64,000 bases of DNA. Origin: Macrostomum lignano (taxonomy: Eukaryota). The stretch covers positions 32,295 to 96,294 of the forward strand of contig NIVC01002711.1 in the NCBI GenBank assembly GCA_002269645.1, in the 5' to 3' direction. Position numbers and translations under genes: made by a program. Each line of letters opens with the position of its first letter. Position 1 is the first letter of the stretch. The notes under the pieces were generated by a model that saw nothing but the letters and a program-made list of their open reading frames with translations, ran no database searches and was not told where the DNA came from. Shown here in pieces: positions 52,687 through 64,000 of this stretch.

Positions 52687-54254
52687 ATGCCGAATTGCAG
52701 CACAAGCCAGAGCCGCCGCGGATTCGCCATCCTTCTAGCAATTTCCGTGTGCCTGACCTTGGCGTATTGGACATTGGCTAAAGCGTACTCGTCTGGTAAA
52801 TATTTTTACAATAAGTTTGAATGTACAGTGAATAAGCGCATATAATGCTCTCCCTTCTCGAAATTTGATGCACTAAAATACTGTAATTTTAATTTTAATC
52901 AAATAATTATCTTTTAGGCTAAATATTTTCTATTGATAAGTAAATGAATGACACGAATTCCTGTCTGTGCCTGCTGTGCGCTCGTAAGAAGAGGAAAATG
53001 GTTATAGAATTTGTTGTATTTTATTATATTAGAACGATTTTTAGCTTTTAGATAAAGTTGCTTCTTTATCTAAAAGAAAAACCCATTTTTCATGAGTAAA
53101 ATATTAGGCTATGGATAGAAATCAATCTATAAAAATTTCTGATTGACGGACATTTCAACTGCTAAAATTATTTTTGTTATATTTTATATTATCGAATTTC
53201 AGATAACAGCACGATCTACTCTCGTGAAGAGCTAAAAAATCAATCTGTCAACTGCAAAGCCTTCCTCTATGCACAACTTGATGTTGACTTTCTAGTTGAA
53301 AAATTCGATTTGTTGAAGAAGATCGTGAAACCACTGGCGAGGAAATACACAGCGAAGGTGGACCAGCTGATGGTGCATCGGCTTCCCGTGGTTGACACGA
53401 AGCACTGGGAGCTGCACAGACCCAACGGTGAGCGGCTGTCTGTTCAAGCAGTGCAGCAGCTGCTCAGAGATCCCAACTACAAAGTGCCGAACGCTGTGCA
53501 CTACATCCTGCCATTCAGCGATCCGGTGATCCAGTTTCACCACTTGGTCTGCATCCTGAGCGGCGTGTGGGTTCTGCGACCCGACTTTGTGATCTTCTGG
53601 TACAGCAGCGAGCCGAAGGGACAGAACTGGAACCTGCTGAAGCGAAACCTCACCGAGTCCGGCGTGTGGTTCACCAAAGTGTTGCTGGCTCACAGAAGTG
53701 TGCCAAAGTCGGTGTACACCCAGCCAGTGCTGATCAGAGAGCACCAGTCCGACGTCATTCGAATGGAGGCGCTGCTGGTTTTCGGCGGAGTGTACTCGGA
53801 CCTCGACGTGATCTCGCTGAGATCGATGCAGCCGTTGAGAAACTACTCGTTCACCATCGGTCGGGAGCTGCCTCAGAACCTGTGCAACGGAGTGTTCTTG
53901 TCAGCGCCGAACTCAACACTGCTGGCTCTGTGGCACGTGGCCTACCAGTCACTGGACGACTCCGGCTGGGGTGAGCACTCGCTGATGCTGCCCAACCGGC
54001 TGTGCCACGCATTTCCTGAGCACTGCCACGTCGAGCAGGACAGCATGGACCGTCCGAACTTTCTACCAAGGGAGATTGTGCTCATCTACGGTAAACAGAG
54101 AGGCTGGGACTGGCGCAAGAAGAACTACGCAATGCACTTGTGGTACCGTATGCACAAGCGCAAGTATAGCATGGAGAGCATTAAGCACGTCGACTCAATG
54201 CTCGGCGATATGTTCAGATTCGTATTGTTCGGAAACAGCAGCTTGCAACACTGA
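52687..54254 (+). CDS. GT32 (DxD) glycosyltransferase, paralogue B, 386 aa; exons 52687-52795 and 53203-54254
   Basis: Exon 1 MPNCSTSQSRRGFAILLAISVCLTLAYWTLAKAYSS (signal anchor); G|GTAAAT donor and tttcag| acceptor in phase 1; open frame through GGVYSDLDV to the stop. Confidence 0.88.
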
Positions 54255-54903
54255 AAATGTTGCAATAACTTTTGAGAAACTTACAGACACTCAAACCTCA
54301 CATACCCTCATAGTCTCACAATAACAAAATGCTTCGTATTTTCACGCGATCAAAAAATTACATGGTAGCATTTAAATTCAACGACGACTCGTCAAAAATG
54401 GTACCCTTTTTTTCTAAAAGATGAACGTCTGTTCACGATTCCCATGTTTCATTGTTTATATAATAGCTACTATAAGTAGCATAGAACAATTATAGCATTT
54501 GAATGTTGTAAATTTAGACAACAGTAGAAATTCGATGTGTACGCGAATATTGCAATAAATCTGAACACAACGGCTGTAGACGGCTGTAGACGGTACTCGA
54601 TCCGCGTATCATATTACATGTGCATGCTACGAACTAATTGAAGGATATGCAGCAGTAAAACACAAGCTGAATATTACCACAGCACATTAATATCCTCGCA
54701 ACATTTATTATAACAGAACAGTTGAGAATAGAATCAACAAATTTAACGATCCTTCATTTAAGACGCGAATGCTACAAATACTTTGATTAAGCGTTAGAAG
54801 TACGATCTTTTGGCGTTTGCTCTGCTTCTAGGAATATTGCTGGAAATTTGGTCAACAATAACGAAAGTGTCCAACTGCCGTTTTCGCTTGATGAAAGTTA
54901 AAA

Positions 54904-55764
54904 TTAAATTAAGGCTGTTATTTGACCGCTCATTGAACTGTGTCTCACCTGGCGCACCTCGCTGTACCAGCGGTTCAATCGCCTCTTCCGAAGTACGATG
55001 AATATCGCTACTGATGACAAAACGAATACGGCACCAATCGCAGTAGCAGTCAGAGCCGCTGACAGTGTGTGCATGTCGTTGATGCCAGCTGGTGATATTC
55101 TAACAAACTGTTGCTGTCGTAGTTCTTGTCTTAATATGGCGTCAGCACAGTAGTTATTGTCGCTGCAGGCAAACTCCAGCATGCGATACCCCTCCAGACC
55201 TTTTGTGTCCACAAGGTACGCAAGGCTCAGAGGATCGGCAATGCAGGCGACCTCTCCGACCCATTTTTCTCCTAGCACCACCAGGCTGTAGTTAACACAC
55301 ATCGATCTTAATGCGTCGTCTGTCCCGCAACGACGCGACAGGCCGTTCTTTTGATTGACACAAACTGCACTACCGTCTGCAGTAGGGGTGGCAAATGCAA
55401 AGTCCGCAATGCGTCGATGGCTTCCACGTGGGCGTGAGCCTGCGTAGAGTTGTTTATCGGCGCAAGAAAGATCCAAGGCAAGCAGTCTGCTCCTGCTCTT
55501 CTGGTGTAAGCTCGGCGGCAGCGGTGGGATTGCCACAAACGCTCGTGCTCAGCAGCCTGACTGACAAGCTGCGATGCTGCTTCGAGAGAGAGCATCCGTG
55601 CTGCTTGCGTTGATGCAGTCAACAAGTCCTTGACAACGAAAGCTACGACAATGAAGCGACGAAATTGTCTGCTTCAACTGTTGCGAATATGCAGTCGGAC
55701 AAGCAAATATTAACTGTTTGATGACCGCTAATAGAACTATGTTTAGTTGAGCATTCAGAACCAT
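54904..55764 (-). CDS. Cys-rich single-pass (type I) membrane protein interrupted by one in-frame TGA (55549-55551)
   Basis: ORFs 55764-55549 and 55536-54904 share a frame. Signal-peptide-like start, Cys-rich ectodomain, TM segment LTATAIGAVFVLSSVAIFIVL followed by RKRR. Confidence 0.6.
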
Positions 55765-56709
55765 AGGAGAGCTATTTAGAAGCTAAACTTGGTTGAGTTC
55801 AGATGCATGTAGTGTTTGCTCCAACCAAAGCATTGGTTTCTATATATACATAATTATGGACACGCGTGATTGGTTCCCTCTAAATTGCAATCTGAATCTA
55901 TACTCACTTTGGTATAAAGTGAAGCATCTAGAGATCCTGTGTTAGCTCACTGTTAGAAAATGAGCTTATAAAAACAATACAAAAGGCAAGAGTGGACAGC
56001 AGGATGCTGAACCCAGATTAACGGTTGGGAACTGCAACTTAGTTGATCCAAGCGGTCATTCCCAGGATCGCTTAACCGAGAGGTAGCGAGCAATTATGAT
56101 CCTGCCCATCAATAGCGATGAGTCATCTGCTTCACCTCACCTGCCGGAGCAATTTTTCCTCTTCTTTCATCGCACAGTTCAGAAATTTGATAGGACCTGC
56201 ATCTACGGGCTCCTAAGATAGTGGTCTGGCTGTGTGATCTCCTTGGCAAGATGAGACAGCATCGATTCCCTTAATTATGTGCTTTAATCTCTCCGTTCAA
56301 ATTGTCGCATTATGATCCAGCGATCCAACATGTGATAGCTATCGAAGTTTTCATTGAAAATAATTTTGAGAAAGAAAGAAGCCTGTAAAATGAGACAAAA
56401 AGCCCAGGAATTGTGGTATGAGCTGAGTGAGTATGCAGCCAAAGCACGAATCTTTGTGTGTAGACTTACAATTGAAGCTTAGCCTGGCCTTCTAAAAAGG
56501 TATAGAAAGGTGCAGGTCGCATATTGTCTTCTGTGTCTCTGCGTTCGCATCTGAGTTTACCCGCGATATGTGTGTGCATGCATATTTTCAAGGCTTATAT
56601 AATGACACTTAGAAGCAACAAAACCATTCCACAATCTTCTCTATTCAAACACTGAATGAATGAAGACTCTCTGTTGTTGAGAGCTGCCTTTCGAAAAAAA
56701 ACAGTCTAG

Positions 56710-58046
<1,337 letters not shown>

Positions 58047-58291
58047 CTGTCCTTATATTACTCATACAATTTTATGCAAATAAGTGCATGTACGTTAGTC
58101 ATCAAGTTTTGGTGTTAGGAATTTTTTAAATATTTTATGCAGCATATTGACAAAATATACGTCCTGCTTATACACACTCGTACTATATACATGTAGTACC
58201 GCTCGATCTGGGTGGGGTTTCCCTGTAGATAATTACCGGTCTATACTAAAAAACCTATCTCGAGAGCATATACTAATGTGTTTAGCTAGTA

Positions 58292-58660
58292 CAGGGGCGT
58301 CGCCAACGGGGGGACAGGGGGACATGCCCCCCCCCCCCAGTAAAAGATCTGGGGGGGCATGCCAATGCTTTGTCCCCCACCCCACCTTGTGCCCGTTGTG
58401 GAAATCAATAATTTTGCTGCATGGCGACAAAAAATAGCACCTGCAGCGCTAAAATGGTGCCTGCGGCACTAAAATGGTGCCTGCGGCGCTAAAACGAGTG
58501 CCTGCGGCGCTAAAATGAGTTCTTGTGGTGCTAAAATGAGTGCCTGCGGCGCTAGAATGAGTTAGAATGAGCTAGAATGCGCTAGAATGAGAATGATGCC
58601 CCTTCGGCATCATTTTAGCGCTTGTGGCGCTAAAATGAGTCACCGTGGCGCTAAAATGAG
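58292..58660. mobile_element. Left end of a non-autonomous hAT-like element with 20-21-bp subterminal repeats
   Basis: CAGGGGCGTCGCC start, G/C-run hairpins, repeated CCTGCGGCGCTAAAATG; right end not found. Confidence 0.5.
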
Positions 58661-59030
58661 TGCTGACAACATCGATTCTGAGAAGAATGTACATGTAAGA
58701 ATTTAGTCGTTTACATGTACATGTACATCATGTACATGTAGAATTCTTGGCTTTGTCCCCCACCATAAAGCAATGCCGAATTAAATTTCCAACCGGCATC
58801 CAGCTCATTTCTAAAAAAACAAATTTTACACTCTGCTGTGCACATAGTGCATGTAAATGTAAATATATCTATATATACAGCTTCATGTGCACTACTGGTA
58901 TTACGGGTGCATGTGAATTTAACATCAATTATAATTATCGTAAATATATATAAATGTATAGTACATGTAATTTGCTTTATTATAAAGTTTTATCCTTCTG
59001 CGTTGATAATCTGACATGCTTACCTTAAAT

Positions 59031-60374
59031 CAGGGTTCGGCAAACTTTTACATCGAGGGCCATGCAGACAATGAGTCTAGATCATTGCTGCGGGCCAGGT
59101 GAGAAAGAAATGGGGAATAGATCAGAGAGAAGAGGAAAGAGGAGATGAGAGATGAGAGAATATATGAGAGGTGAGAGGCGGGATAAAAGATGAGATGAGA
59201 GAGAAGATAAGAGGAGAGATGAGAAGACAGCTATAGGAGAGGAGAGAACCAGTGTTGGGCACCGTTAATGAAAATCTTAACTTCCGTTAATAGCAAAAGC
59301 GTTAGCGTTAAAACAAAAAAATCTTAACTTTTTAACTCCTAATTTCGTTAAGTTAACTGAAAGTTAACTGATAATCGTTAATAAGCGTTAATCCGTTAAA
59401 GTTAACACAGAAAATACGGAAATCTTGCACGTTTTTTCCAAAACAGACTTCGTATTGCACGTCTAGTTGCTATTCCATCTTTTAAGCGAAACACAGAGGT
59501 CATCTAAGCGATTTGAAAGCTAAAAAAGTAATAAATAATCATTTTAAAAACTTGCATGCATAATACTACTAAAAGTAAAGCATATGGTAAAAAAAGAAAC
59601 TTTTTTATTTGACACTTAAAAGCTAATAGCGAGAAATTCATAATTAAATACGCATAGGAAGGTTGTTTCAGTACCATTAGCAGGCGCAGCAGAAAGTTGC
59701 GAAAGATTGGGACAGAAGTGAATCAAAGCGATCGATGCTCACGCGCAAGAAATAAAGTTTCACACTATTTTAATTCATTATTTTAAAGTTTATTTGTAAG
59801 AAGTTGTTAATTACATGTACGTCTGTATGATCATCGTCATAAATAAAGAGATTATATTTAGGCATATAGGTAGCTCAAATACGTTCGTAATGTTTAAACT
59901 TCTTGTAAGACTTCTATTTTTCGTTCCTTCTTTGCGTCTTTGGTCATTGACATAGACACTACCGTTAACGATGAATTTATCGTTAATTCACAAAAGTTTT
60001 AACGCAAATTCGTTAATCCGTTAGTTCAAAAAAATCTTAACGACAGTCCGTTAACGTTAATGAAAAATCTTAACGCTTATTAACGCTTATTAACGGATTA
60101 ACGCTTATTAACGGACTGGTGCCCAACACTGGAGAGAACAAAATTAGGAGAGGAGTTGAGAGGGGAGAGGAGAGAGATGAGAGAAGATGAGAAGAGAGAG
60201 ATGAGATGAGAGTGGAGACGGGGAGAGGAGAGAAAAGAGAGAAGACGGGAGAGAGGAGAGGAGAGACAAACCACGAACAAGCGCGGTTTTAAATTATAAA
60301 GGACCCGCAAGGGCTGGATAGAGGCTTCAGAGAGCCGCATGGCCCGCAGGCCGTAGTTTGCCGACCGCTAGCTG
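59031..60374. mobile_element. Outer hAT-type MITE with GA-rich interior
   Basis: CAGGGTTCGGCAAACT ... AGTTTGCCGACCGCTAGCTG; 8-bp TSD CCTTAAAT at 59023-59030 and 60375-60382. Confidence 0.8.
59250..60131. mobile_element. Inner hAT-type MITE nested in the outer one
   Basis: Perfect 14-bp TIR CAGTGTTGGGCACC / GGTGCCCAACACTG; 8-bp TSD GAGAGAAC at 59242-59249 and 60132-60139; many subterminal CGTTAA motifs. Confidence 0.92.
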
Positions 60375-60639
60375 CCTTAAATCGATTTAGCGCGGCTTTA
60401 GTGTCCGATGGAGAGCTTAAGATCGTAGTGCAGAAGCCATGTACTATGTCACTGTACTGTCAATGTCAATGTCTGTCTGCTTTTTTACAGTATACTGATG
60501 AGGACGCACCTTTTTTCAATCTTAGATTTTGCTTCGATGCGCTTTTCCTCTACTGTCAATAGGCTAGCTTAGGAATTTCTCTCCATTCTCTCATCTAGGC
60601 TAAGTTCTATACTAATTTATGCCATTACTATTAGTTATG

Positions 60640-61940
60640 TTAGAAACTCAATACTTCTCTTAGGATTCTAATTTTGGATTGTTTACGCACCTTTGAAGGT
60701 CAGACTGTCTGGGTTTGAGATGGATTGACCTCCAACAGTCTAGACAGGCAACACTAAGTCTGGGAGGGACGTTTTCAACCTCGTTCTGACCCCCAGATTT
60801 GTGGCTTTTTTACTGTTCTCAGTGATTTATGGCCGTCTAGCTGTCACTTTTGGCTCCAGCCTGTCTGGGTCAAAGAGGTCTTTCCAGCTTTCTCCCCACT
60901 CGCTCTGTTGCTTTCTCCTTTGATTTATGGGCGTTTTGCTGTCACTTTTGGCGCCAGGATGTCTAGACAAGTGACTTTTATTATGTTTTGCTTATGATTT
61001 ATGACCGCACCTGTCAAATTCCCTGGGGTCTGAAGGCCACAGCTGGTGGGGTGGGTTTTGGGGTCTTGAGCTCAGCCAACCAGAGTTGACCTGACTGCCC
61101 CCGGCTCGACCAATCAGAAAATTCGGCGCCTATTTTAACAAAAGCTCTCAGCCAATCGGAAAATTCGGCGTGCTTTATAACAAATCGGCCGCGTGAGAGC
61201 TATAAAAGGCGGCAACTCGACCCGCGCTCGAGTACCTGCGGCTTTTCCGACCCTTTGGGTGTTTCCGGACTTGCTGGTGTCTTGTTCCGGCTGCCTTTTC
61301 GGCATCTGCATGGTCCCCCTTCCCCCGGCAGCTTCGGCTTCAGCAGCTAAGTTTTCCCTCGGGAGACGTCACCAGTCTTTCCCGGCCGCGAACCAAAAGC
61401 AGCACCGACCATCGGCAAGTGAAGAGTAGCGGCGGCAATCGTCAGTCAAGATCAGCAACAGCATCCCATCTGAGCGCTTCGGTCTCTGTGGATTCCTTGG
61501 CCACCGGCAGATAGGACCTGCTTAACTGGGTGCACCCTTTGTCTGACCCCTTCCTAGGTAGTCTGATAGGATTTGCACTTTTGCTTACTTGCTTTTGTGT
61601 GCCAATCTCGAGGCAGAAGTTTCAGTTAATATTAAAAGTAGCCATTTGCTCTAACTCAATCTAAAGTGTTTAGGATTGCGGATTAAGTGAGAAAGTTAAA
61701 TCTGGAAGTTAAAGACCTAGCGTTTTATTTCTTTTCGCAATGCCAGCTGAGATGAGCGGCTAAATCTAGAGGCAGAGGTCACGGTGGACCGGAAGCGGCA
61801 CAGTTCCCAGTCGATCAGACGATCTAAGAAATCATTATGTAAGCATGCAAATTAAGAGCCAGACTGGCGCTTTGGCGCGGTCACAGGCAGTTAAGCGGCT
61901 AAAGTAAGTTAAATATTAGTCTAAAGATCTCCGAAAGTGA
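60640..61940 (+). mobile_element. LTR-like element (boundaries uncertain)
   Basis: U3-like arrangement of repeated motifs, CCAAT boxes and a TATA box; homology to 49.9-50.1 kb; no TSD found. Confidence 0.45.
60823..61207 (+). promoter_or_regulatory. Three TGATTTATG(G/A)-N6/8-CTGTCA motifs, two CCAAT boxes and a TATA box
   Basis: Motifs at 60823, 60921 and 60995; CCAAT at 61110 and 61152; TATAAAA at 61201. Function is inferred. Confidence 0.5.
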
Positions 61941-62072
61941 CAATGCATCTACATCAACGCTATCTGTCGACGTGTTAACACATTAGTGCCAAGAGCGTGC
62001 AGTTACGTGTACTTAAATACATGTACTTCTGGGAATTTGGTAATGAAATAGTACATTTAGTAGTGTATGAAT

Positions 62073-62752
62073 GCTCGCCAGTGCAAGAACCCCCTGCAAA
62101 AGTCCTCTCTGTCCCTGCATGGCTAATGCGATCCTAGTCCCAGCAGCGTCCCTTCTATTCGGCTATGATTTCGAGAAAGACAGCTAAAAGACACTAGATG
62201 GCAGTTAAGTGCAGTGCCCCTCTAGTCGGAAGTCCGATTTCGATAGCTCCGGTTTGGTGAGCCGGGGCGCACGGACTGGTGGCAGCGGGTTAGTTAATCT
62301 GCGGATTAGCTAATCTCTACCTTTCAAATTCTCCGGCCCTGCTTGTCTCTCGCTGTCTTCTCCTAGCTATAGGACCTTGCTGCTCGCCCACAATCTAGCT
62401 ATACCATGGGGCTGACCATCTGACAGGAGTGAGAGGCCAGAGTTCTAAGTGATTCATTTCTGAATTCTGAGGCCCGAAGCTATAGGCTTAAAAGGCCGAA
62501 CCCATCAATACATGTATTGCCTAGAAGACGATATTGACTTGTTGATTCTAACATATCTTATCTATCTTCTTGGGTTGTTGCGCAAGTACTTGCAAGAACG
62601 TGCAAGATCTTCGCTATGACAAATGAATAACAAAACAAATGTACCTCCCATCTTAGAAGATCCTGCAAGAACCGATCAGATTGAGAAGATCTGCTAAGAA
62701 TGGCACAGATACAGGATCTGCTAAGTTTGAGAGAAACAGAATGTCCTCTAGG
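62073..62752 (-). repeat. Adjacent inverted copies of the 48.6-kb and 36.2-kb dispersed repeats
   Basis: 62073-62510 matches 48620-49066; 62520-62752 matches 36205-36475. Confidence 0.8.
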
Positions 62753-64000
62753 GTAGTGGTAGGATTCAACGCATTTAATCACACGTTTTTTACATGCAAG
62801 ATTTTGCCATGCCAGGGGGAAGAAAGTGTCTAAAATATACTTCGTATAACTGGTTACAATTTTTATACTTTGAGTCGGGTTATAATTTTTCCAGTTCTTA
62901 TAAAATGTCGCGCGCATTTAAATAACTTTTTTCATTGCTGAATTCGCCGCGGCGCGCATGGTCGTTGTTGCATACAGCGCTGATAGTGCCATTGCAATTG
63001 TACTCTTTTGTAGCGTTCTTTCACTGAACTATCTCAAATTTGTATTCTTAATTTTAATCTTCATTTCTCAGAGAGAAGAGAAGAGCCTAAATATTTCTTT
63101 ATGATTTTTTCAATGGTTTCCTTGGGCTTGAAATTATTTGGTCCTAATGCCAATGGTCCTAATTAGACTTATTAGGCCTAATAAGACAGTAGGCCCTATA
63201 TACAATATTTAGCTTACAATATTATAATATTACAATATTCTACCATATTAGCCGCCCCTCCCAAAATAGCTTGATGACAGAACAGAACATATTGCACCCC
63301 CCAAAAACCTAAATTTGCACCTCTGACCTCTTAAACTAGATTTTTTGCCTCCAAATGCCTCTTTTGCACCTCTAAGCTTGATTTTTCACCTCCTAAATGC
63401 ATTTTTGCGCCCCTGGCCTAAGATTGATTTTTTGCCTCTTAGATGCATTTTTGCACCTTTTAGGCTTAGCTTAAAAATTGGCACCACCCTATATATTTAT
63501 ATTGCCCATATTGCGGTGCGGATTGTGTTAAATGTATGCCAGAAAGTATTTGGCTATCTAGTAAAGTGTATGCCAATAAATTACACAATTAAGTGTTCTA
63601 GTAAAATTGTATGCCACTAAAAATGCATGATTAACAAGCACATAACCAATGCAACAAGCATTAGATGCGGCGCGAATGAATAATAATTGCTGCAAAAATA
63701 AAGTATGTATCATTTAAAAATAAAAATAATTAGTGAAACAAAATAGTTACATATATAGGCCTAATCAATTTAGGTACATTCTTATTAATAAATTTGAGGC
63801 AGCGCGATTCTACCGCTGTACTTATGACTAAGTGACTAGCTGATTGACTATGAAATATTGACTGTACATCCAGTGTACCCACCATCCCAATTTCGTACCC
63901 CATGCCCCCTGCCACCCCAATGCGTTAATAATTATATATTGAGCTTCGTTTGTGTTAGCATCATTTATGATTAATATTATCGAAACTGAGACATCGTTTA

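Noticed and set aside
47507-53974. Alternative-frame and antisense ORFs over the GT32, lectin and gypsy coding regions
   Set aside because: These are shadow ORFs expected from GC-rich codon usage.

Overview
Eukaryotic (invertebrate animal) genomic DNA, with one 31-N gap at 27748-27778. Spliceosomal introns, GC-rich coding islands, many micro/minisatellites and the gene families present are compatible with a free-living flatworm such as Macrostomum (inference only). Host genes: two exons of a laminin-G domain gene, a 2-exon TRPV-like channel, two intronless PAN/Apple + C-type lectin paralogues, an intronless rhodopsin-class peptide-receptor-like GPCR, two GT32 (DxD) Golgi glycosyltransferase paralogues (one with a +1 homopolymer frameshift), a Cys-rich type I membrane protein ORF broken by one in-frame TGA, and a 2-exon LC8-type dynein light chain. 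Mobile DNA: a full-length but frameshifted Ty3/gypsy LTR element (LTRs, 5-bp TSD, PBS and PPT visible), LINE RT fragments, a CORE-like tRNA-derived SINE, hAT-type MITEs (one nested pair with 8-bp TSDs) and LTR-like repeats. Most notable: a minimal Penelope-type hammerhead ribozyme inside a minisatellite; an LTR-like repeat carrying repeated Pbx-Hox + Meis composite motifs; near-identical blocks inside otherwise diverged paralogues in both gene pairs; and a 3.2-kb satellite whose unit contains GCCACCATG. No prokaryotic system or CRISPR array is present.
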